Assembly: GCA_965262605.1 (NCBI GenBank)
Contig: CBDHFN010000003.1
Span: 7,222-71,221 of the forward strand
Reading direction: 5' to 3'
Length of the DNA: 64,000 bases
Origin: Alphaproteobacteria bacterium
GTDB lineage: Bacteria; Pseudomonadota; Alphaproteobacteria; JASGCL01
The notes beneath the pieces are model-generated. The model had not been told where the DNA came from. It saw nothing but the letters and a program-made list of their open reading frames with translations, and did not search any database. Both the position numbers and the translations under genes were made by a program. Positions 10,485 through 21,292 of this stretch are shown in pieces (the first letter of the stretch is position 1; the number at the start of each line of letters is the position of its first letter).

Positions 10485-12174
10485 AGACCATCAACAAATT
10501 TTTATTGAAAAATTATATATTGGTAAAATTACCAATATTACTTATTCCAAGGTTGAATGCGTGATTGATTATAACCCATCAAACAAAACCACCACGCATT
10601 TTGGTAATCAATATATGTCGGGTTCGGTTGGTGAATATATCGTTATTGAACATGAATATCTTGCAATTTTGGGGCAGATATATGCCATAAATCTTGAAGA
10701 ACGAGAAAAAAATTATGATGATAGCCAAGCATTAAAACCACGCGTTTCAATACAATTATTAGCAACTTATTATTGGCTTGAAGATAAATTACAAGCTGGA
10801 ATCAAGGAATCACCAAGAATAAGCGAAAAAATTTATTCCGCGCCCAATTGGTTTTTAAATAAACTAACCAATTTAATCAATGACAAAAATGAAAATGGAA
10901 AGATAACGCTTGGCAAATTAAGCAAAGGCGTAGATGGTATGGTGGAATTTCCATGGCAGGCATTATTTGAAAGGCATTGTGCAATTTTGGGGGCAACGGG
11001 GGGTGGCAAATCATATAGTGTTGCAAAAATTATTGAAGAATTAATAAAATTAAATGATGCTGAAGCACCAAATATTTTATTATTGGACGCGACAGGGGAG
11101 TATCAAAAATTTAAAAGGAAAAATAAATATATACTTGGCGAAGATTGTTTTTTAAATTATGCAAATTTTAATGATAATGATTTTATGGCATTATTTAGTC
11201 CAGCACCAAATATTCAAACACCGATATTTATTGAAGCAATAAAAAGTCTTAAAGCAGTTGCATTTGCCAAAAGACAATCAGTAAATCCATTGCAGGAATA
11301 TATAAAAGATAGTGGCGACAATTCCCTACTATTTAAGAGAAATAAAAATAAGCAATTTTATATTAATTTTTTAAAAGAAATAGAAAGTAGCGAGTATGTT
11401 AACAACCCAAACAGCCAGTATGATGTAAATAAATTACCTGATCAAATTCAATTAGAATGCATTTTTGATTCTAATAGGAATGATAATGATAAAGATAATT
11501 TTAAATTTTGGGGTGATATTAATAATAATTCCTTAGTATTTTGCACTACTCTAATTTTAAGAATTAGAAGTTTTCTTATGGCAGAATACACTAAAAAAAT
11601 ATTTCAAAGCAATGATGATAATAATATTTTTAATTTATTAAAGAAAGACAAAGGTAAAATAAATAAACTAACCCATATTTCCCTTAAAGAAGTATCATAT
11701 GAATTTCAAATGCGTGAAATTATAGTCAATTGTATTGCCCGTAAATTATTAACAATGGCACGCGAAGGCAAATTTCAACAAAAACCTTTAATAATTTTCA
11801 TTGACGAAGCCCATAATTTTATCGGTAAAAAAGCAGGAGGCGGTGAAAATAGATTTCCCTTAGATGCGATTGAAATTATTGCCAAAGAGGGGCGAAAATA
11901 TGGCTTGCATTTATGTTTGGCAACACAACGACCCGCCGATTTACCCGATGGAATTATTAGTCAAATGGGTTGTATGCTAGTTCATCGCTTAACAAATGGC
12001 GCAGACCGCGAAAAAATTGAACGGGCAAGCAATGACATTGACCGCGAAACTGCCCGCAATTTACCATCTTTGATTGCGGGTGAAGCGATTATAGCAGGCG
12101 TTGGCTTTCCATTCCCAATGACTATTCAAATGGACAAACCTAAAAATTGCCCAGAGTTTAAAGCAAATTCATAA
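10474..12174 (+). CDS. HerA-like (DUF87/FtsK-HerA superfamily) ATPase/helicase, SIR2-HerA module partner
   Basis: 566 aa. Beta-rich N-terminal region, Walker A ILGATGGGKSYSV, Walker B LIIFIDEAHNF (DEAH), and downstream LATQRPADL (TQRP motif typical of HerA). 11-nt overlap with the upstream gene. Confidence 0.75.
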   Translation: MTNKDHQQIFIEKLYIGKITNITYSKVECVIDYNPSNKTTTHFGNQYMSGSVGEYIVIEHEYLAILGQIYAINLEEREKNYDDSQALKPRVSIQLLATYYWLEDKLQAGIKESPRISEKIYSAPNWFLNKLTNLINDKNENGKITLGKLSKGVDGMVEFPWQALFERHCAILGATGGGKSYSVAKIIEELIKLNDAEAPNILLLDATGEYQKFKRKNKYILGEDCFLNYANFNDNDFMALFSPAPNIQTPIFIEAIKSLKAVAFAKRQSVNPLQEYIKDSGDNSLLFKRNKNKQFYINFLKEIESSEYVNNPNSQYDVNKLPDQIQLECIFDSNRNDNDKDNFKFWGDINNNSLVFCTTLILRIRSFLMAEYTKKIFQSNDDNNIFNLLKKDKGKINKLTHISLKEVSYEFQMREIIVNCIARKLLTMAREGKFQQKPLIIFIDEAHNFIGKKAGGGENRFPLDAIEIIAKEGRKYGLHLCLATQRPADLPDGIISQMGCMLVHRLTNGADREKIERASNDIDRETARNLPSLIAGEAIIAGVGFPFPMTIQMDKPKNCPEFKANS

Positions 12175-12297
12175 AAAAATGCAACAAACTATTTTATAAT
12201 TTCAATGATTATACGACTAACGCCTATATAACATATAAATTTTAATAAAATTCTTAAAATTATTATAACGCATAAGCGCAATTTATATACCAATTAA

Positions 12298-13662
12298 TCA
12301 ACGCGCTATAAATCTTGCGGCGATGGTTGCTTGTGAGCCATTGGCGCAATTAAGGGTAAAATTAAAATCATTAATCGGTTCTAAATTTTGGGCGGGTGCA
12401 TACAAGAAAATTTTAAATTGGCTAATATCATCGGCGATTAAACGCAATAAAAATGCTGATTTCGCCGCGCCATTTTGTATAAAAACAGCATTTTCCATTT
12501 CATTTATTGACAAAATACAATCAATTTCGGTGCTGGATTTATTCATGATTTTAATGGTATAACCATTGCGTATGCCGCCATCTTTGGTAAGCACGAATAA
12601 GGGGTTGCGGTCATGTTCGGCGGAAAATTCTAAATTGCTTCGGGTGGCAAAATATAATAAAATTGCCAAACCGCCAAGAATCCATAAAAAACTATAAATA
12701 TAAAACCGCCAATGATGATAAAAATATCGTTTATTTTGCGAAATTTGTGATGAGATATTATGGTTATTATTATAATCAATTAACCCCAAAGGCTTGTGAA
12801 TTTTTGTCATTACCGAATTGCACGCATCAATGCAAAGCGCGCAAGTAATGCAGCCCAATTGCTGACCATTGCGAATATCAACACCCGTGGGGCAAACCGC
12901 CACGCATAAGTCGCAATCTATACAATCGCCTTTATCCGTACCTTTACCACGCGGTTCGCCGCGTTTTTCGTCATAAACCACAATTGACGATAAATTATCC
13001 AGCATCGCGCCTTGAATACGGGGCCAAGGGCACATATAAATACAGACTTGTTCGCGTAATAAACCGCCAAAAATATAAGTTGTTAAAGTCAAAATCATTA
13101 TCGCAATATAGGCTTGATAAGCGGCATCGCCGCGAATTAATTGCCCCAAAAGACTTGGCGCATCGGCAAAATAAAAAACCCACGCCCCACCAGTCGCCAC
13201 CGATGTAATTAACCAAAGCCCGTGTTTAAGGCTTCGTTTGCTGATTTTTGCGAAATTATAAGGCGATGAATCTAGTTTCATGCGTGAATTTCTGTCGCCT
13301 TCAACGATTGTTTCAATTTTTAAAAATAAATCCACCCAAACTGTTTGCGGGCAAGCATAACCGCACCATGCACGCCCAACCGCCGAAGTGATTAAAAACA
13401 GCCCCAAACCCGCCATAATTAACAAGATAGCCGCAATAAATAATTCATGCGACCATAATTCAATGCTTAAAAAATAAAATTTTCGGTTTGCTAAATCAAC
13501 TAAGAATGCTTGGTTAGGCGCGTTTTCGCCCCGATTCCACCGCAACCACGGCGCAATATAATAAACCGACAAGCAAAATATTAAAATGATATTTTTTATA
13601 TTGCGAAATTTGCCTTTAATGGGTTGCGGGAAAATTTTGACTCGTTTCGCAAATAAATTCAT
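12298..13662 (-). CDS. ccoG: cbb3-type cytochrome oxidase accessory protein CcoG/FixG (4Fe-4S ferredoxin-type)
   Basis: AWCGYACPQT hallmark and two 4Fe-4S cysteine motifs (CIDCDLCVAVCP, CITCALCIDACN). Overlaps the ccoP stop. Confidence 0.85.
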   Translation of the reverse strand: MNLFAKRVKIFPQPIKGKFRNIKNIILIFCLSVYYIAPWLRWNRGENAPNQAFLVDLANRKFYFLSIELWSHELFIAAILLIMAGLGLFLITSAVGRAWCGYACPQTVWVDLFLKIETIVEGDRNSRMKLDSSPYNFAKISKRSLKHGLWLITSVATGGAWVFYFADAPSLLGQLIRGDAAYQAYIAIMILTLTTYIFGGLLREQVCIYMCPWPRIQGAMLDNLSSIVVYDEKRGEPRGKGTDKGDCIDCDLCVAVCPTGVDIRNGQQLGCITCALCIDACNSVMTKIHKPLGLIDYNNNHNISSQISQNKRYFYHHWRFYIYSFLWILGGLAILLYFATRSNLEFSAEHDRNPLFVLTKDGGIRNGYTIKIMNKSSTEIDCILSINEMENAVFIQNGAAKSAFLLRLIADDISQFKIFLYAPAQNLEPINDFNFTLNCANGSQATIAARFIAR

Positions 13663-14531
13663 TCGCCGCCGCCCAATTCATGAATATAAATCGCGACTTG
13701 TTTTAATTGCACGGGCGTAAGCACATCACCCCACGCGCGCATTTGCCCTTGACGGCTTTTGCTGATAGTTTCAATGATGCTTGATTGTTTTTTGCCATAT
13801 AACCAAATGGCATCGGTTAAATTGGGCGCGCCAATTTCGCGATTGCCCGTTGCTTTTTCACCATGGCAAGCCGCACAATTATCGGCGAAAATTTTCTTGC
13901 CATTTTCGGATTTACCCGTTACGATTGGCGATTGCGAAAGGTTTAACACGAAAGCGGATACATCGGCGATTTGCTGGGGGTTTAAAATCCCGTCCGTGCC
14001 AAACGCGGGCATTTGCGAATCGCGCGCTTTGGCATGTCCCGACCTTACGCCATATTGAATTGTTTGGTGAATTTCTTCAATTTTACCGCCCCATAACCAA
14101 TCATCATCTAATAAATTTGGGAATCCAATATTGCCTTGTGCGCCATCATTATGGCATTGCGTGCAATTAAGCGCGTATATTGATTTACCCGCGGCTATAC
14201 TATATTGGCGAAGTGGTTCATCATGCAGAATTTCTTGAAAATTGGCTTGGATAATTTTGCCGTCAATCACGGACTTTGCTTGGGCATCTTGGGCGATTTC
14301 GGCATTTAAATTAGCGCGATTCGTGCTTGCCAATAAGCCTGTGCTATTGCCGTGAATTAAGGGAAGCGACGGATATAAAATACAATAAACAACCGCAAAA
14401 ATTATCGTTGCGTATAATGTCCATAACCACCATCTGGGAATCGGTGCATCATATTCGGTAATGCCGTCCCAATCATGCCCCGTTGTGTTTTGCGCTTCGG
14501 TTTTATGGTCTTTATCGTGCATGTTAATCAT
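13659..14531 (-). CDS. ccoP: cbb3-type cytochrome c oxidase subunit III (diheme cytochrome c)
   Basis: Two CxxCH heme-binding sites (CTQCH, CAACH) after an N-terminal TM helix. Confidence 0.9.
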   Translation of the reverse strand: MINMHDKDHKTEAQNTTGHDWDGITEYDAPIPRWWLWTLYATIIFAVVYCILYPSLPLIHGNSTGLLASTNRANLNAEIAQDAQAKSVIDGKIIQANFQEILHDEPLRQYSIAAGKSIYALNCTQCHNDGAQGNIGFPNLLDDDWLWGGKIEEIHQTIQYGVRSGHAKARDSQMPAFGTDGILNPQQIADVSAFVLNLSQSPIVTGKSENGKKIFADNCAACHGEKATGNREIGAPNLTDAIWLYGKKQSSIIETISKSRQGQMRAWGDVLTPVQLKQVAIYIHELGGGE

Positions 14532-14679
14532 CCTTTAAGATTGATTGGTTGATTTTATCGTAAATTTTTTTTGAATTTGGGCGAAAAAATACAAATAAAC
14601 TGGCAATCATATAAAACACCCCAAGGGAAATTAAACCCCAAGAATCCGCAAAATGCCGTAATTGTTCATATTTATCCAT
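14524..14679 (-). CDS. ccoQ: cbb3-type cytochrome oxidase subunit CcoQ (small single-TM protein)
   Basis: 51-aa frame MDKYEQLRHFADSWGLISLGVFYMIASLFVFFRPNSKKIYDKINQSILKDD found by hand between ccoO and ccoP, the conserved ccoQ position. Below the ORF-track size cutoff. Confidence 0.5.
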   Translation of the reverse strand: MDKYEQLRHFADSWGLISLGVFYMIASLFVFFRPNSKKIYDKINQSILKDD

Positions 14680-14681
14680 AT

Positions 14682-15404
14682 TTACCTGTTATTTTCTGTT
14701 TCATTATATTGTGAAAAATCAACTAAACTGCCTAACATTTGCAAATACGCAATTAACGCGTCCATTTCAGTGATTTTATCTTGATTATCAAAATTGCGAA
14801 TTTGTATTGCACCATAGCGCGATTGTAAGTCTTTGCTGGGTTTATTAGGGTCAGCTTGCGCTTCTAAATCTGCCAAAGCATTATCAATCATGGCATCAGT
14901 ATAAGGCACGCCGATAATTTTTTGCGCTTTAAGATGATCTTTAATATCGTCATAGCTTAATTTATTATGCGTCAAAAATTGATATGGTGGCATGATGGAC
15001 CCGGGCACGCTTTGGGCGGGATTGGATAAATGCGCAATATGCCATTCATCAGAATATTTTTTACCCACGCGGGCTAAATCTGGACCCGTGCGCTTTGAAC
15101 CCCATTGAAACGGATGATCATACATGGATTCCGCCGCCAAAGAATAATGCCCATAGCGATCAACTTCATCGCGAAGCGGGCGAATCATTTGGCTATGGCA
15201 ATTATAGCACCCCTCACGGATATAAATATTGCGCCCCGCCAATTCAAGCGGTGTATAAGGGCGAATGCCCGATATTTTTTCAATGGTATTATCCAAATAA
15301 AACAACGGCACAATCTCCACTAAACCCCCAATTAACACGGTAATTAACGAAAAAACCAATAATAATGAAGCATTTTTCTCAATAAATTGATGGGAAAATT
15401 TCAT
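14682..15404 (-). CDS. ccoO: cbb3-type cytochrome c oxidase subunit II (monoheme)
   Basis: N-terminal TM helix plus CYNCH heme-binding motif. Position between ccoN and ccoQP. Confidence 0.9.
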   Translation of the reverse strand: MKFSHQFIEKNASLLLVFSLITVLIGGLVEIVPLFYLDNTIEKISGIRPYTPLELAGRNIYIREGCYNCHSQMIRPLRDEVDRYGHYSLAAESMYDHPFQWGSKRTGPDLARVGKKYSDEWHIAHLSNPAQSVPGSIMPPYQFLTHNKLSYDDIKDHLKAQKIIGVPYTDAMIDNALADLEAQADPNKPSKDLQSRYGAIQIRNFDNQDKITEMDALIAYLQMLGSLVDFSQYNETENNR

Positions 15405-16972
15405 GATATTGCTCCTCTTTGCTGGGAATCCGTGGTGATAGTTTTAATAAGATTATATGCCATAATTAACGCCCCACTTAAATATAACAAGCCACCAAAC
15501 GCCCGCAATATATAATATGGCTGAATATGCGCAATAGTTTCCACAAAACTATATTGCAAAAAGCCAAGCTTATCATAACTACGCCACATTAAGCCTTGCG
15601 AAATTCCGCTGACCCACATGGAAGACGCATAAAATACAATGCCAATTGTTGCCAACCAAAAATGAATATTGACAAGATTTAAGCTAAAAACTTCTTTTTT
15701 GCCGTATAATTTGGGCACTAAATAATATAAAACCGCAAAGGAAATTAAACCATTCCAACCCAAAGCTCCCGAATGCACATGCCCAATCGTCCAATCTGTA
15801 TAATGGCTTAGGCTATTGACAGATTTAATGGACATTAACGGACCTTCAAATGTTGACATGCCGTAAAATGCTAACGAAGCGACAAACATTTTAATTATCG
15901 GGTCGGTGCGCAATTTATGCCATGCGCCTTGCAAAGTCATTAAGCCATTTAACATACCGCCCCAGCTTGGCATCCAGAGCATTACCGAAAATACCATGCC
16001 CAAAGTTTGCGCCCAATCAGGCAAAGCCGTATAATGCAAGTGATGGGGTCCCGCCCAAATATACATAAAAATCAAACTCCAAAAATGCACGATTGACAAT
16101 CGGTATGAATAAATCGGTTGCCCGATGCGTTTGGGCACAAAATAATACATCATGCCCAAAAATCCCGCAGTCAAGAAAAAACCAACCGCATTATGCCCAT
16201 ACCACCATTGGGTTAAGGCATCTTGCACGCCCGCAAATAACCCATATGATTTTGACCCCAAGAAAGAAACAGGCACAGCTAAATTATTGACTAAATGCAA
16301 TAAAGCCACGGTGACGATGAAGGCTAAATAAAACCAATTCGCAACAAAAATATGGGGTTCCTTGCGTTTTAATATTGTGCCTAAGAACACTAATAAATAA
16401 GCCACCCAAACTATTGTCAGCCAAATGTCAACATACCATTCAGGTTCGGCATATTCTTTGCCTTGGGTTGCACCCATTAAATATCCAGTTGCGGCAAGAA
16501 TAATAAAAACTTGATACCCCAAAACCACAAACCAAGCTAATCGCCCCAGTGCTAATTTTGCTTGGCAAGTGCGCTGGACAACATAAAATGAACTGGCAAT
16601 TAAAATATTGCCACCAAAGGCAAAAATTACCGCCGAAGTATGCAAGGGGCGCAACCTGCCGAAATTGGTAAATTCATAACCAAAATTAAGCACGGGGAAG
16701 GCTAATTGCAAGGCGATTATTAAGCCAACCAAAAATCCCGCAAGCCCCCAAAATAAAGTAGCCCAAACACCAAAGCGAATTGGGTCGTCAAAATATAATT
16801 CGTCCTTAATATTTTGCGGATTTAAACCATAAATAACCCAACCCAAAGCCAAAGCCATAATAATACCACCATGCACCCGAAATGCCGTGTCATGCCCAAG
16901 CCCAGCCATAATAATGCCAATTATCCCCGCCACAACGGCAAACGCAATTGATGTAATACGCCAATTTGTCAT
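15401..16972 (-). CDS. ccoN: cbb3-type cytochrome c oxidase subunit I
   Basis: 523 aa, polytopic, with the His-rich heme-copper oxidase subunit I signature (HxxLxxxGG, WxGPHH). Confidence 0.95.
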   Translation of the reverse strand: MTNWRITSIAFAVVAGIIGIIMAGLGHDTAFRVHGGIIMALALGWVIYGLNPQNIKDELYFDDPIRFGVWATLFWGLAGFLVGLIIALQLAFPVLNFGYEFTNFGRLRPLHTSAVIFAFGGNILIASSFYVVQRTCQAKLALGRLAWFVVLGYQVFIILAATGYLMGATQGKEYAEPEWYVDIWLTIVWVAYLLVFLGTILKRKEPHIFVANWFYLAFIVTVALLHLVNNLAVPVSFLGSKSYGLFAGVQDALTQWWYGHNAVGFFLTAGFLGMMYYFVPKRIGQPIYSYRLSIVHFWSLIFMYIWAGPHHLHYTALPDWAQTLGMVFSVMLWMPSWGGMLNGLMTLQGAWHKLRTDPIIKMFVASLAFYGMSTFEGPLMSIKSVNSLSHYTDWTIGHVHSGALGWNGLISFAVLYYLVPKLYGKKEVFSLNLVNIHFWLATIGIVFYASSMWVSGISQGLMWRSYDKLGFLQYSFVETIAHIQPYYILRAFGGLLYLSGALIMAYNLIKTITTDSQQRGAIS

Positions 16973-17026
16973 TGGTTAACTCCCTTACAAAATTTTATTA
17001 ACTATATTATAAAAGGTAAATTATAC

Positions 17027-17040
17027 CATGATTTAAATCA
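17027..17040. promoter_or_regulatory. candidate FNR/FixK-type anaerobox (aTGAT-N4-ATCAA) upstream of ccoN
   Basis: ATGATTTAAATCAA matches 9 of 10 positions of TTGAT-N4-ATCAA, about 55-70 bp upstream of the ccoN start. This is the classical control site of ccoNOQP/fixNOQP. Confidence 0.45.
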
Positions 17041-17086
17041 AAATATACTAATAATATCAAAAATTTTCAATGAAGCGACTGATTTT

Positions 17087-17614
17087 TTACAACGCAACAT
17101 AAGAACCATCAATATCTAACAAAATGCCATTTACTGCTAATTGCGGAAAATTTGCGTTGATGATTTTTTTTGCTTTTTGGAATACTTCACCATGAAGTTT
17201 GGTTTCTTCGTCCCTACCTTTGATGGAATTTTCACCATATACTAATTTGAAAGCCCCGCAGTCTCGGTGATGTATGACATGAATTTCACTGATATTATGT
17301 AATTCTTTCGCTAATTTGACATGTTCGTTAAAGCTTGCAATCCAAGTGGGAAATTTATCAATTTGCAAAGCAAGTGAACCACCCGCCAAGGAAAAATTAT
17401 CAAAACTTCCGCTATATCCCTTTGATTCCAAGTATTTTTGTGATAAATGCGGATAACGATAATCAATACAACCAAGGACCAATGCTTTAATTGTAGTGCC
17501 ACCCGCTTGCAAACCCTTTACCGCAAGGCTTTGGGCAATAAAAAAAGCCCCTGATAATTTTAAAAATTCGCGCCTGTTATTTTGATTGCAACATTTTTCC
17601 ATTTTTTTCCTCAT
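17087..17614 (-). CDS. beta-class carbonic-anhydrase-like protein with twin-arginine (Tat) signal
   Basis: RREFLKL Tat motif. CIDYR (CxDxR) and HHRDCGAF (HxxCG) zinc-ligand patterns of beta-CAs. 175 aa. Confidence 0.4.
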   Translation of the reverse strand: MRKKMEKCCNQNNRREFLKLSGAFFIAQSLAVKGLQAGGTTIKALVLGCIDYRYPHLSQKYLESKGYSGSFDNFSLAGGSLALQIDKFPTWIASFNEHVKLAKELHNISEIHVIHHRDCGAFKLVYGENSIKGRDEETKLHGEVFQKAKKIINANFPQLAVNGILLDIDGSYVAL

Positions 17615-17664
17615 TGCTTGTTGATATTTATAATAATATTTAAATTTAAAGCAAAAGTCAAACT

Positions 17665-18480
17665 TTAAATTAAATATATAAAAAAATCATGGTCTTGGCA
17701 AAATTTTTCGCATTCGGCTTCTTGCATTAAATTGCCTAAATGTGTGAAAAATACGCCAGCAATACCAATTTCTTGCATGGATTTCAACGATTCTAAGCCT
17801 AAGGTTGGTAAGTCCAAAGCCATTGATTGCCCCGATTTACAATTTTTTACCATAATGGGTTTTTCGCCATTTTTAATTAACCCGCCCATGCGGTTAATCA
17901 AGCCTTGCGTGCCTTCGCAAGCCTCAATCCCAAGCACTAAATTTTGCTGCATAATAATTGCTTGCCCAATATCAAATGGGCTTAAAGTTTTTAAGATTTC
18001 TTGCCCATATTGCGCAGATTTTATTTGTTCTGGACTGGGTTTTTTGCCCGCCCAAAGCCCAATTTTGCGCTGAATTTGCAAGGCTTGATTGGGTGATTGC
18101 CATTCAACGCCAGTTTTATCGGTGATAAAATTGGTCAAAAGCTTTAATAATCCATCATCGCCTTTTAAAAACGCCATGGCATTTTGTTTCAAAAATTCCT
18201 TGCCCATAGTATCAATATGCTTAATTTCATTCAAGCTTGGACGGCGAATATCGCCCGCCATGATAGCAATTTTCGCGTCAATTTTGGTAATTAATTGGCA
18301 TAATTTTCCCAATTCGCCCAAATGCAATTTTATATGGGGAATTGCTTGCCATTCATCAGCATATGCAATGCCATGCAATAAAATCGCATGACAAGGTTGG
18401 CAATGGCGCATAATTTGAATCGGCAAAACCCCTTGCCCCGCCACGATAATTTTTACTAAATTAGTCATCTTTGGCTTCAA
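17665..18480 (-). CDS. lpxI: UDP-2,3-diacylglucosamine pyrophosphatase LpxI (DUF1009)
   Basis: Matches the LpxI pattern ([10 protein letters not shown]; [23 protein letters not shown]; DLPTLGLE) and lies downstream of lpxA, as in other alphaproteobacteria. Confidence 0.75.
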   Translation of the reverse strand: MKPKMTNLVKIIVAGQGVLPIQIMRHCQPCHAILLHGIAYADEWQAIPHIKLHLGELGKLCQLITKIDAKIAIMAGDIRRPSLNEIKHIDTMGKEFLKQNAMAFLKGDDGLLKLLTNFITDKTGVEWQSPNQALQIQRKIGLWAGKKPSPEQIKSAQYGQEILKTLSPFDIGQAIIMQQNLVLGIEACEGTQGLINRMGGLIKNGEKPIMVKNCKSGQSMALDLPTLGLESLKSMQEIGIAGVFFTHLGNLMQEAECEKFCQDHDFFIYLI

Positions 18481-19693
18481 TTAAGCCGTTTTTATGGGAT
18501 AAAGCCAAAAATTGCCGTAAATCATCAATTAAATGGTTGGTTTGCTTGAAATTATCGGCATGTTCTTTGATAGTTTTATTATCAGAATTAAAAAACACGC
18601 TGCGGGCGAATTTATTTAATAACGCCACGGCTTCTTTATCAAAGCCTTTTCGTTTTAAGCCTAAATGATTAATTCCCCGCAATTTTGCCCGATGGCTATA
18701 AACCATGCCATAGGGAATTACATCCTTTTCAACGCCGCTTAAACCGCCAATCATTGCCCCAGCGCCAATATGCACAAATTGTTGCACCGCCGATAATCCC
18801 CCCAAAATTGCGCCATCATCAACGCGGACATGCCCCGCCAAAGTCGCATTATTTGCCAAAATAACATTATTGCCGATGATGCAATCATGGGCGATATGGC
18901 TTGACATCATCAATAAGCAATTATCGCCAATTTGCGTCAGCGACCCGCCGCCCAATGTGCCCGGATTTATTGTAGTATGTTCGCGGATTTTATTATTTTT
19001 ACCAATAATTAAGCGGTTTTCCTCGCCTTGATATTTTAAGTCTTGGGGATTCGTGCCGATTGATGCAAATGGATAAATTTCTGTGCCCGCGCCAATTTCT
19101 GTATTGCCTGCAATATTAACATGGTTGTGAATCACGACATTTTCATGAATCACGACATTTTTGCCAATCACGCTATACGCGCCAATTTCAGAATTTTTAC
19201 CAATTTTTGCGCCTTCTTCAATAATGGCGGTTTTATGAATTTTTGCATTAGAATCATCACGAATCATGGCGCAAATAAGGGCTTCGGCGCATAATTGCCC
19301 ATCAACATAGGCGTTGCCTTGTAATTTCCAAACGGGACCACGGCTTTGCACCACTTCCACTTTAACATGCAAAACATCACCGGGGGTAACGATTTTGCGA
19401 AATTTTGCGTTATCTATGGACATGAAATAAACTAATTTTCCCGCAAACCCATCGCCCAAGGAATGCACAACCAATGCCCCCGCCGTTTGCGCCATGGATT
19501 CAATAATTAACACGCCCGGCATAACAGGGTGCGACGGAAAATGCCCATTAAAAAAATTTTCATTGATTGTCACGCATTTTATGCCGCACGCACTTTTGAA
19601 TGGCACAACATCAATAATTTTATCAATTAATAAAAATGGGTATCTGTGCGGAATTAATTTCATAATTTCTTGAATGTTAATTTGATTATCCAT
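18461..19693 (-). CDS. fabZ-lpxA: FabZ-LpxA fusion: 3-hydroxyacyl-ACP dehydratase fused in frame to UDP-GlcNAc O-acyltransferase
   Basis: Residues 1-147 form a complete FabZ hot-dog domain ([11 protein letters not shown]...GHFP...). Residues ~150-410 are LpxA hexapeptide repeats that begin where LpxA normally starts ([15 protein letters not shown]). There is no stop or start codon at the junction. Confidence 0.8.
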   Translation of the reverse strand: MDNQINIQEIMKLIPHRYPFLLIDKIIDVVPFKSACGIKCVTINENFFNGHFPSHPVMPGVLIIESMAQTAGALVVHSLGDGFAGKLVYFMSIDNAKFRKIVTPGDVLHVKVEVVQSRGPVWKLQGNAYVDGQLCAEALICAMIRDDSNAKIHKTAIIEEGAKIGKNSEIGAYSVIGKNVVIHENVVIHNHVNIAGNTEIGAGTEIYPFASIGTNPQDLKYQGEENRLIIGKNNKIREHTTINPGTLGGGSLTQIGDNCLLMMSSHIAHDCIIGNNVILANNATLAGHVRVDDGAILGGLSAVQQFVHIGAGAMIGGLSGVEKDVIPYGMVYSHRAKLRGINHLGLKRKGFDKEAVALLNKFARSVFFNSDNKTIKEHADNFKQTNHLIDDLRQFLALSHKNGLIEAKDD

Positions 19694-20679
19694 TAATTTA
19701 AGCCCTTTCGCATTTTAACGCTGTTTTTTAAATGAGTTTGCAAATGATAAGCGGGAATGCCGCCAACTTTTTCATGCGCACCGATATTGCTTATCACCCC
19801 AGATTTAGCGGCAATTTGCACAAAATCACCAATATTTATATGCCCTGCAATGCCGACTTGGGCGGCAATCATAGCCAATTTGCCAATCTGGGTTGACCCT
19901 GCAATACCGCTTTGCCCTGCAATAATTGCACCAAATTCAATTTTAACATTATGGGCAATCATCACTAAATTATCAATGCGCACATGATCCTTGATAATGG
20001 TATCGTCAAGCACCCCCCTGTCAATGCAGGTATTTGCGCCAATTTCGCAATAACTGCCGATTTGCACTTTGCCAATATGGGGAATATTTATATGCCCGTT
20101 TGGCGTGGGCGCAAAGCCAAAACCGCGATTACCAATTCTGACCCCGCTGTGAATATGATTATGGTTGCCTATCATACAAAATTGTATTGTTGCATGGGAT
20201 TCTATATGATTATATTCGCCAATTTGCACATTATCTTCTATCACGCAATAATGTCCAATTTGCGTATGCGCCCCGATAACCACGCCCGCGCCAATAACGA
20301 CGCCCACGCCAATATGGCAAGGTTCATGAATAATCGCGGTTTTATCAATGATGGCGCTGGGGTGAATATCATGGGCATTGACGGGTGGTTTTTCATAAAA
20401 TTCCACCATTAATTGCGCATATAATAAATAAGGGTGCTTGGTAATGATGGCTTGGCTTGATTTTGGCATATCATTGATAAATTCAGGCGATATTATCACG
20501 AATCCTGCTTTGGTTTGCCGCAATTCTTGGCGATATTTGCCCGCATGACAAAAACTTAATTGCGTGGCTTGAGCATCGGATAGGGTGGCAATGGCACTTA
20601 TCACGCAATTTGGGGATATTTCCGCAAAATTACTGATTTTATCGGCATGTTTTTCAAGAATTTTATATAAATTTAGCAT
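19693..20679 (-). CDS. lpxD: UDP-3-O-acylglucosamine N-acyltransferase
   Basis: 328 aa with left-handed beta-helix hexapeptide repeats. Conserved position upstream of fabZ. Confidence 0.9.
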   Translation of the reverse strand: MLNLYKILEKHADKISNFAEISPNCVISAIATLSDAQATQLSFCHAGKYRQELRQTKAGFVIISPEFINDMPKSSQAIITKHPYLLYAQLMVEFYEKPPVNAHDIHPSAIIDKTAIIHEPCHIGVGVVIGAGVVIGAHTQIGHYCVIEDNVQIGEYNHIESHATIQFCMIGNHNHIHSGVRIGNRGFGFAPTPNGHINIPHIGKVQIGSYCEIGANTCIDRGVLDDTIIKDHVRIDNLVMIAHNVKIEFGAIIAGQSGIAGSTQIGKLAMIAAQVGIAGHINIGDFVQIAAKSGVISNIGAHEKVGGIPAYHLQTHLKNSVKMRKGLN

Positions 20680-20680
20680 G

Positions 20681-21292
20681 TTATTTCGTTTTATTTAAAG
20701 GCACAGCGGGTTTTAAATCAACATCTTTGATGATGATTTTATCGGGGTCTGTCCATGGAATTTCTTTTAAATTATAATTCAGCAAATTTAAAACTTCCCC
20801 AGTAATTTCCAAAGAATCACGCAATAATAAAATTGAATCATCATTTTTTATGTTAATAACCGCATCAATTTGGTATTTTTTAGCGATTTCGGTTGCATTT
20901 TTTTTGATATTATCGCGCAAAATTTGCCGACTGATGATAAATACTTCGTCCAATTGCCGTTTTTTAATTTCAAATGATTTATTTAATTCTAAAGTTTCCT
21001 TTTGAATTTTTTCTTGCGATTGATTATATTCAATTTTGGAAATTATCGCGCGTTTTTTTTGCAATATATTTTCTTTGCTTCTGATTTCTTGTTCAATATT
21101 TTTGACATTATCTTGAAATTTGCTAATTTCACCATTTAAGCGATTGACGAATGCCAACCAAGCATCAGATTTTTTCTCAATTAACTCATTATTCATAAAC
21201 GCAAATTTAGCATTCTTAGGCGCTTCATATCCCCAAAGAGGCGCGAAAATTAACCAAGAAAAAATAACTAAGCTTGCGCGCAACATTAACAT
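20681..21292 (-). CDS. skp: periplasmic chaperone Skp/OmpH family
   Basis: Signal peptide plus a long coiled-coil-rich region. Canonical position between bamA and lpxD. Confidence 0.65.
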   Translation of the reverse strand: MLMLRASLVIFSWLIFAPLWGYEAPKNAKFAFMNNELIEKKSDAWLAFVNRLNGEISKFQDNVKNIEQEIRSKENILQKKRAIISKIEYNQSQEKIQKETLELNKSFEIKKRQLDEVFIISRQILRDNIKKNATEIAKKYQIDAVINIKNDDSILLLRDSLEITGEVLNLLNYNLKEIPWTDPDKIIIKDVDLKPAVPLNKTK

